64,000 nt of DNA from an uncultured Bacteroidia bacterium (GTDB lineage Bacteria > Bacteroidota > Bacteroidia > Bacteroidales > Prolixibacteraceae), in NCBI GenBank assembly GCA_903854235.1, contig CAINVV010000227.1, forward strand, positions 4,065 to 68,064, written 5' to 3'. The translations under genes and the position numbers were made by a program. The first letter of the stretch is position 1, and every line of letters starts with the position of its first letter. Below the pieces are notes generated by a model that did no database searches, had not been told where the DNA came from, and saw only the letters and a list, made by a program, of their open reading frames with translations. This document shows, piece by piece, positions 51,268 to 60,811 of this stretch.

Positions 51268-52404
51268 TTAATTTTTCGCACACAATTCAATGGCTCTCTG
51301 AGCAGCCTGACTCATGGTCTCCACAATGGGAAGATTCGCCTGTTTCAGAATTTCCAGACCTTCTTTGGAGTTGGTTCCTGAAAGACGTACCACTATTGGG
51401 ACCTCAACCTTTATTTTTTCCAGGGCAATGATCAATCCACGCGCAACATCGTCGCACCTGGTGATCCCACCAAAAATGTTGATCATAACAACCTTCACAT
51501 TTTTATCTGAGAGGATCAGGTTCATCGCATCAATGACCTTCTGAGGATTGGAGCTTCCCCCGATATCGAGAAAATTGGCAGGTTCCCCACCAAAATATTT
51601 GATCAGATCGAGCGTTGCCATTGCCAATCCGGCACCATTGACCATACAGCCAATCGAGCCGTCCAGCCGGATGTAGGTAAGGCCTTTTTCCTTGGCATCC
51701 AATTCTTTCAACTCATCTTCTGTTGGTTCATTCAATGCTTCAATTTCAGGTTGACGAAACAGGGCGTTGTCGTCGAAATTCATTTTCCCATCCAGTGCGA
51801 GAAGTTGTCCCTCAGAGGTTATAACCAGCGGGTTGATCTCTACCAGAGAAGAGTCGGTATCCATAAATATTTTGTAGAGCTTCTGAAAAAGATCGGCCCC
51901 CTGTTTCACAAGGCTGAAATCAGTAAAGAGCGCAAAAGCAATTTTTCTGGCAAGAAAAGGAGTCAGCCCAAGGTCCGGATCGATGATGAATTTGTGAATG
52001 GCATCGGGATTCTCCTTAGCCACCTCTTCAATTTCTACCCCACCCTCACTGCTGGCCATAAAAATGACCGACTTGGAGTTGCGGTCAATGGTCAATCCAA
52101 CATAAAATTCAGAGGAGAATTTCACCCCCTGGGCGATCAGGATTTTCTCAACGGTGTATCCCTTGATGTCCATCCCAAGTATTTTTCCGGCAAATTCCGG
52201 AACCTCTTCCTTGGTCCTTGCCAATTTGACACCGCCTGCCTTGCCCCTGCCGCCTGCGAGTACCTGTGCCTTGACAACAACAGGAAGTCCCAGCTTTTCA
52301 GCAGCTGTCACCGCCTCTTCTACCGTGTAACATACCACTTCATTGGTTACGGGAATCCGGTAGCGGGAAAAAATCTCCTTTGCTTGATATTCGTGAATCT
52401 TCAT
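51268..52404 (-). CDS. sucC: succinate--CoA ligase (ADP-forming) subunit beta
   Basis: 'MKIHEYQAKEIF', 'VLAGGRGKAGGVK' and 'NIFGGITRCD'. Confidence 0.95.
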   Translation of the reverse strand: MKIHEYQAKEIFSRYRIPVTNEVVCYTVEEAVTAAEKLGLPVVVKAQVLAGGRGKAGGVKLARTKEEVPEFAGKILGMDIKGYTVEKILIAQGVKFSSEFYVGLTIDRNSKSVIFMASSEGGVEIEEVAKENPDAIHKFIIDPDLGLTPFLARKIAFALFTDFSLVKQGADLFQKLYKIFMDTDSSLVEINPLVITSEGQLLALDGKMNFDDNALFRQPEIEALNEPTEDELKELDAKEKGLTYIRLDGSIGCMVNGAGLAMATLDLIKYFGGEPANFLDIGGSSNPQKVIDAMNLILSDKNVKVVMINIFGGITRCDDVARGLIIALEKIKVEVPIVVRLSGTNSKEGLEILKQANLPIVETMSQAAQRAIELCAKN

Positions 52405-52557
52405 ATCTATATAATTTGATTAAAATAAGCTCAGTAAGGAAAAATTTGATTTTTAGCCAATTTGAATTTTTTACTTGAAAAGTTTAGTTTGTTAATTCGT
52501 CGTGAAATTAAATAAATTTTATAAAAAGATTTAATTTAGCACTTCTAAATATTCCCC

Positions 52558-53415
52558 ATGAGCAAGAAATTATTCTCCAAAATTCAAATATATACTTTCA
52601 TGGTCATCGGATTGGCCATGTATGCTTTAGGGGTGACGGCTTTTCTAATTCCCTTGAAAATTACGGCAGGTGGTGTGACAGGAATTTCGATGCTGATTTT
52701 TTATTCAACGGGAATTCCAACCGGGTATCCCTATTTTATCATCAACAGTTTTCTGGTCGTACTGGCTATTCGGATTCTGGGGACCAGCTTTGGGCTTAAA
52801 ACGCTTTTTAGTATGGTCGTTATCTCTATATTGCTTAATGTGATGCAGGTTTTTATTAAAGAACCACTTGTTAAAGACATCTTCCTGTCCTCGGTGTTGG
52901 GTGGTATTCTGGGGGGTGTCGGTCTGGGTATTACTTTCAACCAGGGAGGGAGTACCGGTGGTACGGATATCATTGCCATGATCATCAACAAATACCGCAA
53001 CATCAGTCCGGGAAGGATCATTATGTATTGCGACGTCATTATCATTACCTCTTCCTATTTCCTGACACACTCCGTCGAAAAACTGGTTTACGGATATGTC
53101 ACCATGTGGATTGTCGCCTATTCGATAGATGCATTTCTCACTGGGGCTCAACAATCCGTGCAATTGTTTATTTTTTCAGAAAAATATGAACAGATTGCAG
53201 ATTTTATCAATACCGAGTCGAGACGAGGTTTGACCATCATTGAGGGTACAGGCTGGTACACCAAGAAACAGGTGAAAATGATCATGACAGTTGTTAAAAA
53301 GCGAGAGTCACCGATGATTTTTCAAAAAATTAAGGAGATTGACCCTGAAGCCTTTATCTCACAAGGATCCGTAATGGGTGTCTATGGAAAGGGGTTTGAT
53401 GAAATTAAACTTTAA
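52558..53415 (+). CDS. YitT-family membrane protein (DUF2179 C-terminal domain)
   Basis: Five to six TM segments and a C-terminal 'GLTIIEGTGWYTKK...VMGVYGKGF'. Confidence 0.8.
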   Translation: MSKKLFSKIQIYTFMVIGLAMYALGVTAFLIPLKITAGGVTGISMLIFYSTGIPTGYPYFIINSFLVVLAIRILGTSFGLKTLFSMVVISILLNVMQVFIKEPLVKDIFLSSVLGGILGGVGLGITFNQGGSTGGTDIIAMIINKYRNISPGRIIMYCDVIIITSSYFLTHSVEKLVYGYVTMWIVAYSIDAFLTGAQQSVQLFIFSEKYEQIADFINTESRRGLTIIEGTGWYTKKQVKMIMTVVKKRESPMIFQKIKEIDPEAFISQGSVMGVYGKGFDEIKL

Positions 53416-54739
53416 ATCATTTGGTTTTCGACGGATCAATCAAGCAGGAAAACGATCCGTTCAAAGAAAGTATCTTCCGGAATGGATGCTTGGAGTTGCA
53501 CTTTTCTTGCTGTTGCTCTTCACTTTTTCGCGTATCATGTGGTACAACTATATGATTCCTTCTGTGGATCAGAAGGATGACATCTTGTTTGTTGAGCCTA
53601 AACTTCTGTTTGGGTTACCCGTTGAATCATTCCACGTCGAGGAAAACAATGTGAGACCCAATGAAAGTTTATCCGATATCTTGAAAGACAGGGGAGTTTC
53701 TGGGCAGATCATTGACAAAATTGCCCATTTACCGGCTTCTGTTTTTGACTTGAGAAAAATGAAAGTTGGAAACGATTACGCAGTCTTCTATTCTCGCGAT
53801 TCCCTGAGAATTCCACTTTACTTTGTCTATTCCGAAAATCCGGTCAATTATTTCCAATACAAGCTTTCTCTCGATTCGTGCCAGGTCATCCCCGGAAAGA
53901 ATGAAGTGAAATGCGAGCGGAAGCTGGCTACCGGAACCATCAACTCCTCCCTCTGGAATGCCATGAAGGAGAACAATCTGGATCCGATGCTGGCCATACA
54001 GTTGTCAGATCTATTTGCCTGGACCATCGACTTCTTTGCCATTCAGAAAGGAGACAATTTCACTGTTTTGTACGATCAGAATTTTGTCAAGGGAGAAAAA
54101 ATCGGAATAGGGACGATTCATGCCGCTATTTTTAATTCTTCTGGTCAGGATTTCATTGCCATTCACTTCGAACAGGAGGATGGCCAAACTTACTTTGACG
54201 AACAGGGAAGAAGTATCAGAAAAGAGTTTTTAAAAGCACCGCTAAAATTTTCCAGAATCAGTTCCCGGTTTTCTGCCGCCAGAATGCATCCTGTTTTGCG
54301 CATAGTCAGGCCTCACTTTGGAGTTGACTATGCTGCTCCCAGTGGTACGCCGGTCTTTTCGATTGGAGATGGAGTAGTTCTTGCCAGGGCCTATCAGCCG
54401 GCAGGTGGAGGTAATTTTTTGAAAATCAGACACAACTCCGTATATACCACTACTTACATGCACCTTTCCAAATTTGGAGAGGGAATTCAAGCGGGGACCA
54501 GGGTCAAACAAGGTCAGTTGATTGGTTATGTGGGTGCAACGGGTCTGGCCTCCGGACCTCATCTGGATTTTCGCGTATTTATGAATGGATCCGCCGTCGA
54601 TCCGTTGAAGCTGAAATCGCCCCCGGCGAACCCTGTCAGCCAGTCGAATATGGCTAATTTCCAGCAGACCAGGGATAAATTGCTTAGAGAAATAAAAAAT
54701 GCCAGATCTGCAGGGTTGAAAAAGAGGTCGTCGATCTGA
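53399..54739 (+). CDS. M23-family metallopeptidase (membrane anchored)
   Basis: TM 'WMLGVALFLLLLFTF'. M23 motifs 'HFGVDYAAPSGTPVFSIGDG' and 'GATGLASGPHLDF'. The start is uncertain (53378, 53384 or 53399). Confidence 0.85.
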   Translation: MKLNFKSFGFRRINQAGKRSVQRKYLPEWMLGVALFLLLLFTFSRIMWYNYMIPSVDQKDDILFVEPKLLFGLPVESFHVEENNVRPNESLSDILKDRGVSGQIIDKIAHLPASVFDLRKMKVGNDYAVFYSRDSLRIPLYFVYSENPVNYFQYKLSLDSCQVIPGKNEVKCERKLATGTINSSLWNAMKENNLDPMLAIQLSDLFAWTIDFFAIQKGDNFTVLYDQNFVKGEKIGIGTIHAAIFNSSGQDFIAIHFEQEDGQTYFDEQGRSIRKEFLKAPLKFSRISSRFSAARMHPVLRIVRPHFGVDYAAPSGTPVFSIGDGVVLARAYQPAGGGNFLKIRHNSVYTTTYMHLSKFGEGIQAGTRVKQGQLIGYVGATGLASGPHLDFRVFMNGSAVDPLKLKSPPANPVSQSNMANFQQTRDKLLREIKNARSAGLKKRSSI

Positions 54740-54743
54740 TGAT

Positions 54744-55835
54744 TTAAGATTTCTTCTCCTCCGCAAGGGTCACATCGGCAACGAATTGCCGGATTTGCTG
54801 CTCATCATCTTTTTTGCATATGAGCAAGATCTTTTGGGATTCTACCACAATGTAGTCCTCCAGTCCCTGGATGACGGCAATTTTATCTGCTGGCAGATTG
54901 ACTATGCACCCTTCGGTATCATAGAGGAAAATCTTGGAACCGGAGACGGCATTGCCTTTCAGGTCGAGCGGATGGTTTTCATAAAGGGAACCCCAGGTTC
55001 CCAAATCGGACCATCCAAAATCGGCTGTAAGAACATAGACATTGTCGGCTTTCTCCATTATTCCGTAATCGATGGAGATATTGGGGCATTCAGAATAGGT
55101 CTTGTTGATAAAAAAACATTCATCGGCGGTATTGAGGAGCTTTCTGCCACTTTCAAACAAGGCATTTACATCCGGAAGGTATTTTTCAAACGCATGCTGA
55201 ATGGCTGGAGCAGACCATACAAAGATGCCGGAGTTCCAGTAAAATTCACCAGTGTCCAAGAATACCTGTGCCATCGCACGGTCTGGTTTTTCAGTAAAAG
55301 TCTTTACCTTGTAGAGGTTGTCGAATTGGTTGAATTCCATTTTTTCATTTACCTGAATGTAGCCATAACCGGTTTCGGGCCGGGATGGTTGTATTCCCAG
55401 GGTAACGAGAACCTCTTTTTCTTCGGCGAACTGCAGACCCTTGTCAATCTCGTTGAGAAACAGATCCTCTTTCAGAATCAGATGGTCGGAAGGTGAAACT
55501 ACAATCTTTGCCGTCGGACAGATGCTCAATATTTTATAGGTGGCATAGGCAATGCAGGGAGCGGTATTTCTTCGCAATGGTTCCAGCAAAACCTGTGATT
55601 CGGTCAGCTGTGGCAGTTGACTTATCACCAAATCCTTGTATTTTTCGCTGGTTACAACGAAGATATTCTCCGCGGGCATAATGCGGTTGAATCGTTCGAA
55701 GGTAAGCTGTAGCAGGGTTTTCCCAATACCCAGGATGTCAATAAACTGCTTTGGACGGTCGGCTGTACTCAATGGCCAGAACCGACTTCCAATTCCGCCG
55801 GCCATAATGACGCAATAGTTTCTACAATTTCCCAT
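54744..55835 (-). CDS. manC: mannose-1-phosphate guanylyltransferase
   Basis: 'CVIMAGGIGSRFWPLS'. ATG 55835 is preferred over the 25-codon upstream extension. Confidence 0.85.
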   Translation of the reverse strand: MGNCRNYCVIMAGGIGSRFWPLSTADRPKQFIDILGIGKTLLQLTFERFNRIMPAENIFVVTSEKYKDLVISQLPQLTESQVLLEPLRRNTAPCIAYATYKILSICPTAKIVVSPSDHLILKEDLFLNEIDKGLQFAEEKEVLVTLGIQPSRPETGYGYIQVNEKMEFNQFDNLYKVKTFTEKPDRAMAQVFLDTGEFYWNSGIFVWSAPAIQHAFEKYLPDVNALFESGRKLLNTADECFFINKTYSECPNISIDYGIMEKADNVYVLTADFGWSDLGTWGSLYENHPLDLKGNAVSGSKIFLYDTEGCIVNLPADKIAVIQGLEDYIVVESQKILLICKKDDEQQIRQFVADVTLAEEKKS

Positions 55836-55959
55836 ATTCTGGCTATTTTTACCAAAATTAACTTTATTTTTCTGAATTTGCTTATTCTCCAAACTAAAAG
55901 ACAGCTTCAAATCGCTTCGCCCCTTTATTTAAATATTTGTACTTTTACAAAAAAAATCC

Positions 55960-56700
55960 ATGAGGATTTTCAACGAAATCGGAAGCTATTTTTTGTTGAT
56001 GTACCGGGTTTTCAGCAGGCCTGAGAAGAGCCGGATCTATTGGCGCCAGTTACTGCTGGAGATAGAAAAGCTAGGAATAAATTCTTTGGCAATTGTTGCG
56101 ATTATTTCTGTTTTTATGGGTGGCATCATTACGCTTCAGTTAACCTACAACATGTCCAATCCCCTTATGCCCTCCTACCTGATAGGGCTTGGCAACCGGG
56201 ATACACTGATTCTTGAGTTCTCCTGTACCGTACTTAGTCTGATGATGGCGGGAAAGGTAGGGTCGAACATAGCCTCTGAAATTGGTAGCATGCGTGTTAC
56301 CGAACAGATTGACTCACTGGAGTTGATGGGCGTAAATTCCGCCTCTTTCCTGATACTTCCCAAAATAGTTGCAGTGGTATTGATGAGTCCCATCCTTTTT
56401 ATTTTGAGTGTTTTCTGTGGCATCATTGGTGGGTTGATCGCAGGTCCGCTTTCCGGTGTAGTGACGGTGGCACAATACATGGGAGGGATAAGGACCATGT
56501 TTGTTCCTTTTTATGTAACTTTTTCGATCCTCAAGACTCTGGTGTTCGGATTTTTGATTGCTACAGTACCTGCATTTCAGGGATTTAATGTTCAGGGTGG
56601 GGCGTTGGAGGTTGGAAAAGCCAGCACACGGTCGGTGGTCAATACCAGCATCCTGATTCTCTTCTTTGACTTGATTCTTACTCAATTGCTGTTCAAATGA
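55960..56700 (+). CDS. mlaE: MlaE-family ABC transporter permease
   Basis: About 250 aa multi-TM protein with MlaE-like loops. Overlaps the ATPase gene by ATGA. Confidence 0.85.
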   Translation: MRIFNEIGSYFLLMYRVFSRPEKSRIYWRQLLLEIEKLGINSLAIVAIISVFMGGIITLQLTYNMSNPLMPSYLIGLGNRDTLILEFSCTVLSLMMAGKVGSNIASEIGSMRVTEQIDSLELMGVNSASFLILPKIVAVVLMSPILFILSVFCGIIGGLIAGPLSGVVTVAQYMGGIRTMFVPFYVTFSILKTLVFGFLIATVPAFQGFNVQGGALEVGKASTRSVVNTSILILFFDLILTQLLFK

Positions 56701-57467
56701 TCGAAATAAGGAATATAAAGAAATCATTTGAGGGCAGACCAATTCTAAAGGATGTCAGCACCCTCTTTGAAAAAGGGAAAACGAATTTGATTATTGGGCA
56801 GAGTGGTTCGGGAAAGACGGTACTTCTTAAATCGATTGTCCGGCTTTTGGAGGTTGATGAAGGGGAGATCCTATTTGATGGCAGGGACATCAGAAAATTG
56901 AATTTCAGCGATCTCAAGCAATTGAGGCAAGAGATGGGGATGGTATTTCAGGGAGGAGCCCTCTTCGATTCACTGGATGTAGCCGATAATGTGAGATTCC
57001 CGATGGACATGTTTACAAATATGACCACTGGAGAGAAAAACAAGCATGTTGATTTCTGCCTGGATCGCGTGAACATCAAAGGGGCACATCATCTTTTCCC
57101 TTCGGAAATCTCCGGGGGCATGCGCAAAAGAGTAGCCATTGCAAGAGCCATTGCCCTCAATCCAAAGTACCTCTTTTGTGATGAGCCCAATTCCGGATTG
57201 GATCCTGTTACTTCTATCCTGATAGATAATCTGATCAAGGAGATCACGGTCGAATTTGACATCACCACCCTGATCAACACCCACGATATGAACTCCGTGA
57301 TGGAGATTGGAGACAACATTTTATTTATCTCCAACGGGGAAAAAGGGTGGGAAGGGAACAATACCCAGGTATTGTTTACCAGAAATAAAAAGCTGAACGA
57401 ATTTGTTTTTGCATCTCCCCTGTCGAAACGAATTCGTGACCTGAAACAAAGGGAGGACGACGAATGA
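56697..57467 (+). CDS. mlaF: MlaF-like ABC transporter ATP-binding protein
   Basis: Walker A 'GQSGSGKT', signature 'ISGGMRKR' and Walker B 'LFCDEP'. Confidence 0.9.
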   Translation: MIEIRNIKKSFEGRPILKDVSTLFEKGKTNLIIGQSGSGKTVLLKSIVRLLEVDEGEILFDGRDIRKLNFSDLKQLRQEMGMVFQGGALFDSLDVADNVRFPMDMFTNMTTGEKNKHVDFCLDRVNIKGAHHLFPSEISGGMRKRVAIARAIALNPKYLFCDEPNSGLDPVTSILIDNLIKEITVEFDITTLINTHDMNSVMEIGDNILFISNGEKGWEGNNTQVLFTRNKKLNEFVFASPLSKRIRDLKQREDDE

Positions 57468-57904
57468 AAAAATATTTCTATCCAGCGATGATCCTGATGA
57501 TGTTTTTGCTGGCTTGTGAGAGCAGCCATTTGCCCGATGGGGTGCTAACCAGAAAGAAGATGGTTCCCATTCTGGTCGATATACATCTTTCGGAGGCCAT
57601 ATTCAACCAACGGTTCAGCATCGCCATGCTCAAGGACAGCTTACCAGAAGACCTTTACCTATCGGTTTGCAGAAAGTACAAGATGGATCGGACTGTTCTT
57701 GAGAAATCGCTGCATTATTACGGCAAACATACTGCCGAATTTATTCCCATCTATGATCAGGTTCTGAATGTGCTCAGCGAGATGGAGGTCGATGCCAAGA
57801 GGGATTCTGTAAAACCGATACACGTTGGCGGATTTGACAAAGACACCTCCAAAATCAGAAAGGCTTCGGCTGCTGCCGATAAAACCCATCTTGAGGTTAA
57901 ATGA
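57464..57904 (+). CDS. DUF4296-like lipoprotein
   Basis: Lipobox 'MFLLACES' and 'KKMVPILVDIHLSEA'. ATGA overlap with mlaF. Confidence 0.6.
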   Translation: MKKYFYPAMILMMFLLACESSHLPDGVLTRKKMVPILVDIHLSEAIFNQRFSIAMLKDSLPEDLYLSVCRKYKMDRTVLEKSLHYYGKHTAEFIPIYDQVLNVLSEMEVDAKRDSVKPIHVGGFDKDTSKIRKASAAADKTHLEVK

Positions 57905-57925
57905 GGCCTTTTTTAACAAGAACAA

Positions 57926-59119
57926 ATGCGTAAGATAGCTGCACACCTGATTTTGGATGGCCGTGGAAATTGCTTTTCCAAAGGCATTGTGACCATTGAT
58001 ACCAATGGGATGATTCTGGATGTTCAGGATACTGGCGGAAATTTACAAGAAGAAGCAGGCATAGAATTTTACAGTGGTATATTGGTTCCCGGGTTTATCA
58101 ATGCCCACTGTCATCTTGAGGTGTCGCATCTGGCTAATGCTTTTCCAGAGGGTGCTGGTTTCATTCCTTTTTTGAAAATGGTCGTAGATCAAAGGGCTGA
58201 TGAGTTGGGTGTAATTACCTCAGCAGCTGAAACTGCTGATTTGCTGATGCAAAGAAATGGCATCGTAGCCGTTGGCGATATTTCCAATGGGACTAGTTCG
58301 TTCGAAGTCAAGGCGAAGTCCAAAATTGGCTATTTCACCTTTCTGGAGACGCTTGGATTCAACCCTGAGAGGGCAGAAAAGGCGATTGAATGGGCGCAGT
58401 CTTGTTCAGGAAGCGCCAGTGAACTGGGATTAAAATGCTCCATTGTTCCACATGCCCCCTATTCCGTTTCGGAACCCCTCTTTCGCGCGGTGGCGTCTGA
58501 GGCAGTGCGATCTGGTCTGCCCATCTCCATACACAGCCAGGAGAGCCGTGAGGAGGATGAGCTTTTCGAATACGGTAAGGGAGGAATGGCGGCTCATTTA
58601 CGAGACAATCTTGGGATAGATACTTCCTCCTTTCTTCCCACGGGCAGAAATGCCCTGCGGAGCACCTTGGAATTTTTGCCGGCTCAGAATCCTTTGCTAC
58701 TGGTCCATAATGTATATACGGAGCAAGAAGACCTGGACTACATTCAGGGCGTCCGTCGTCTTGAAAACACCTGGTTTGTCCTTTGTCCTTGCTCCAATCT
58801 GTTCATTCAAAAGAGGCTGCCGGATGTGGAACTTTTCAGGAGAAATGACCTTCAACTTTGTTTGGGAACAGATAGTCTGGCCTCCAATCATCAGCTCTCC
58901 ATTTTGGAGGAGATGAAAATTATCCAGCAGGCTTTTCCATCGGTATCGCTCGGAGAGATGATCCAATGGGCAACCCTTAATGGAGCAAGTGCACTGGGAA
59001 TTTCAGCAGGTGTTGGCTCTCTGGAAGTAGGCAAAAGGCCGGGAATCAACCTGTTGACAGGGACTGATCTCTCCAGCCAAAAACTCCTGCCTGGTAGCGG
59101 GATAAAAAAATTGTGCTAA
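57926..59119 (+). CDS. amidohydrolase-superfamily protein (chlorohydrolase/deaminase-like)
   Basis: 'PGFINAHCHLEVSHL' metal-binding motif, plus later 'HSQES' and 'GTDSLASN'. Confidence 0.75.
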   Translation: MRKIAAHLILDGRGNCFSKGIVTIDTNGMILDVQDTGGNLQEEAGIEFYSGILVPGFINAHCHLEVSHLANAFPEGAGFIPFLKMVVDQRADELGVITSAAETADLLMQRNGIVAVGDISNGTSSFEVKAKSKIGYFTFLETLGFNPERAEKAIEWAQSCSGSASELGLKCSIVPHAPYSVSEPLFRAVASEAVRSGLPISIHSQESREEDELFEYGKGGMAAHLRDNLGIDTSSFLPTGRNALRSTLEFLPAQNPLLLVHNVYTEQEDLDYIQGVRRLENTWFVLCPCSNLFIQKRLPDVELFRRNDLQLCLGTDSLASNHQLSILEEMKIIQQAFPSVSLGEMIQWATLNGASALGISAGVGSLEVGKRPGINLLTGTDLSSQKLLPGSGIKKLC

Positions 59120-59146
59120 ACGAATCTTATTCAACGATACGAATAT

Positions 59147-59929
59147 ATGGCTACCTTCCTTTTTGACCAGACTATTTTTGGACCGGTAATCAGCAGAAGA
59201 CTTGGGGTATCCCTGGGAATCAATTTACTTCCCAATGATACCAAACTATGTTCCTTTGACTGCATCTACTGCGAATGCGGCTGGAATCCAGACCGGAAGG
59301 AACATCCGGTACATCTGCCCAAGCGAATGGAAGTAAAATCCCTGCTTCGGCAAAAACTGTTTGAAATGAAGGAAGGAAGCGTGTTGCCGGATGTAATCAC
59401 CTTTGCCGGGAATGGAGAACCAACCATGCATCCTGATTTTTCCGACATCATAGCCGATACCATCCTGCTAAGGGATGAGTTTGCCCCATTGTCAAAAATT
59501 GCCGTGTTATCGAATTCCACCATGTTGCACAAGGATCGGGTGGTCGAAGCATTGAAATCCGTCGACGACAACATCCTCAAGCTTGACTCAGGTATTTTGG
59601 AGACGATTCAACTGCTGAACAAACCGGTTGGAAAGTTCGACTTGCCCTCTCTCGTGGATAATTTGAAGAAATTTGAAGGAGCACTCATCATTCAAACCAT
59701 GTTTCTGAAGGGGACTTATGAAGGGAGGTTCTTCGACAATACCACCGAACTGGAAATTGAAAGATGGATAGGGCTTTTGAAAGAGATTCGACCCAAAAGC
59801 GTAATGATCTATTCGGTAGCCCGCGAAACGCCGGCTGAAAATCTGGTCGGAATTAAATTATCCAAACTCAGGGAAATAGGGAAAAGAGTAGAGAGAGAAA
59901 CCACCCTGACGGTTCAGGTAAGTGGGTAA
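59147..59929 (+). CDS. radical SAM protein
   Basis: 'CSFDCIYCECGW' CxxxCxxC cluster motif near the N-terminus. Confidence 0.8.
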   Translation: MATFLFDQTIFGPVISRRLGVSLGINLLPNDTKLCSFDCIYCECGWNPDRKEHPVHLPKRMEVKSLLRQKLFEMKEGSVLPDVITFAGNGEPTMHPDFSDIIADTILLRDEFAPLSKIAVLSNSTMLHKDRVVEALKSVDDNILKLDSGILETIQLLNKPVGKFDLPSLVDNLKKFEGALIIQTMFLKGTYEGRFFDNTTELEIERWIGLLKEIRPKSVMIYSVARETPAENLVGIKLSKLREIGKRVERETTLTVQVSG

Positions 59930-60030
59930 GAGTTTGATCCGTACATTCCTTTTGCCTTCGGAGGCCAATCCGTTTAGTTGGATTATCCAGTAAATCACTT
60001 TATTAATCAGTAGTAAAACCGAGAAGATTG

Positions 60031-60723
60031 ATGGAGATAAATATTTTGCAATTGACAGAAGGGGCTAAGAAAGCCAGGGGAACCACTGTTGTTATTGATG
60101 TTTTCCGGGCTTTTTCTACGGCTTGTTATCTCTTTGCTGCAGGGGCTGAACGAATTATTCCCGTGGAACGAGTGGAGGAGGCACTTCGGTTGAAAGTTCT
60201 GATCCCGGATGCCATCCTGTTGGGGGAGAGACACGAAAAAAAAGTAGAAGGGTTTGATTTTGGCAATTCACCTACCCATCTGTCGGGTCATTATTTCACT
60301 GGGAAAACGATTATAATGACCACCAGTTCAGGTACGAAAGGATTGATGAACGCGACCGGAGCAGATGAAATTCTTACCGGGAGTTTCGTCAATGCGGGTG
60401 CCATCCTTCGTTATTTGGCAAAGAGGAGTCCTTCGACAGTCAGCCTGGTTTGCATGGGTTACGAAGGCAAAAGACCGACCCAGGAAGACACCTTTCTTGC
60501 AGAATATTTGAGATCGAAATTGCTGAGTCAGGTTACAGATTTTCAGCTGATGAAGGAGATCTTACGCACCGGAGACGGGGCTCGCCTGCTTGATCCCGCC
60601 AACATCACCTGGTCGCCGGCAGGAGACTTTGAACGGTGTCTTGATCTGGATAAGTTTGATTTTGTTCTAAAACTGACATCGGAGGCAAATTTTAAAGTAC
60701 TAAAAGCAATCTCAGTTCCCTAG
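60031..60723 (+). CDS. comB: 2-phosphosulfolactate phosphatase family protein
   Basis: 'TTVVIDVFRAFSTA' and 'LGERHEKKVEGFDFGNSP'. Confidence 0.8.
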   Translation: MEINILQLTEGAKKARGTTVVIDVFRAFSTACYLFAAGAERIIPVERVEEALRLKVLIPDAILLGERHEKKVEGFDFGNSPTHLSGHYFTGKTIIMTTSSGTKGLMNATGADEILTGSFVNAGAILRYLAKRSPSTVSLVCMGYEGKRPTQEDTFLAEYLRSKLLSQVTDFQLMKEILRTGDGARLLDPANITWSPAGDFERCLDLDKFDFVLKLTSEANFKVLKAISVP

Positions 60724-60771
60724 TTTAAAACCAAGTTGGCAATTGATTTTTGGAGTCCTATGAATCTTTAA

Positions 60772-60809
60772 GTACTTTAGATCACTCTAGTCACTTTAGC
60801 TCACTTTCC
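60772..60809 (+). repeat. four tandem ~10-bp units (GTACTTTAG / ATCACTCTAG / TCACTTTAG / CTCACTTTCC) abutting the patB-like start
   Basis: Read directly. The ACT(T/C)T cores start at 60774, 60784, 60793 and 60803. Confidence 0.75.
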
Positions 60810-60811
60810 CT

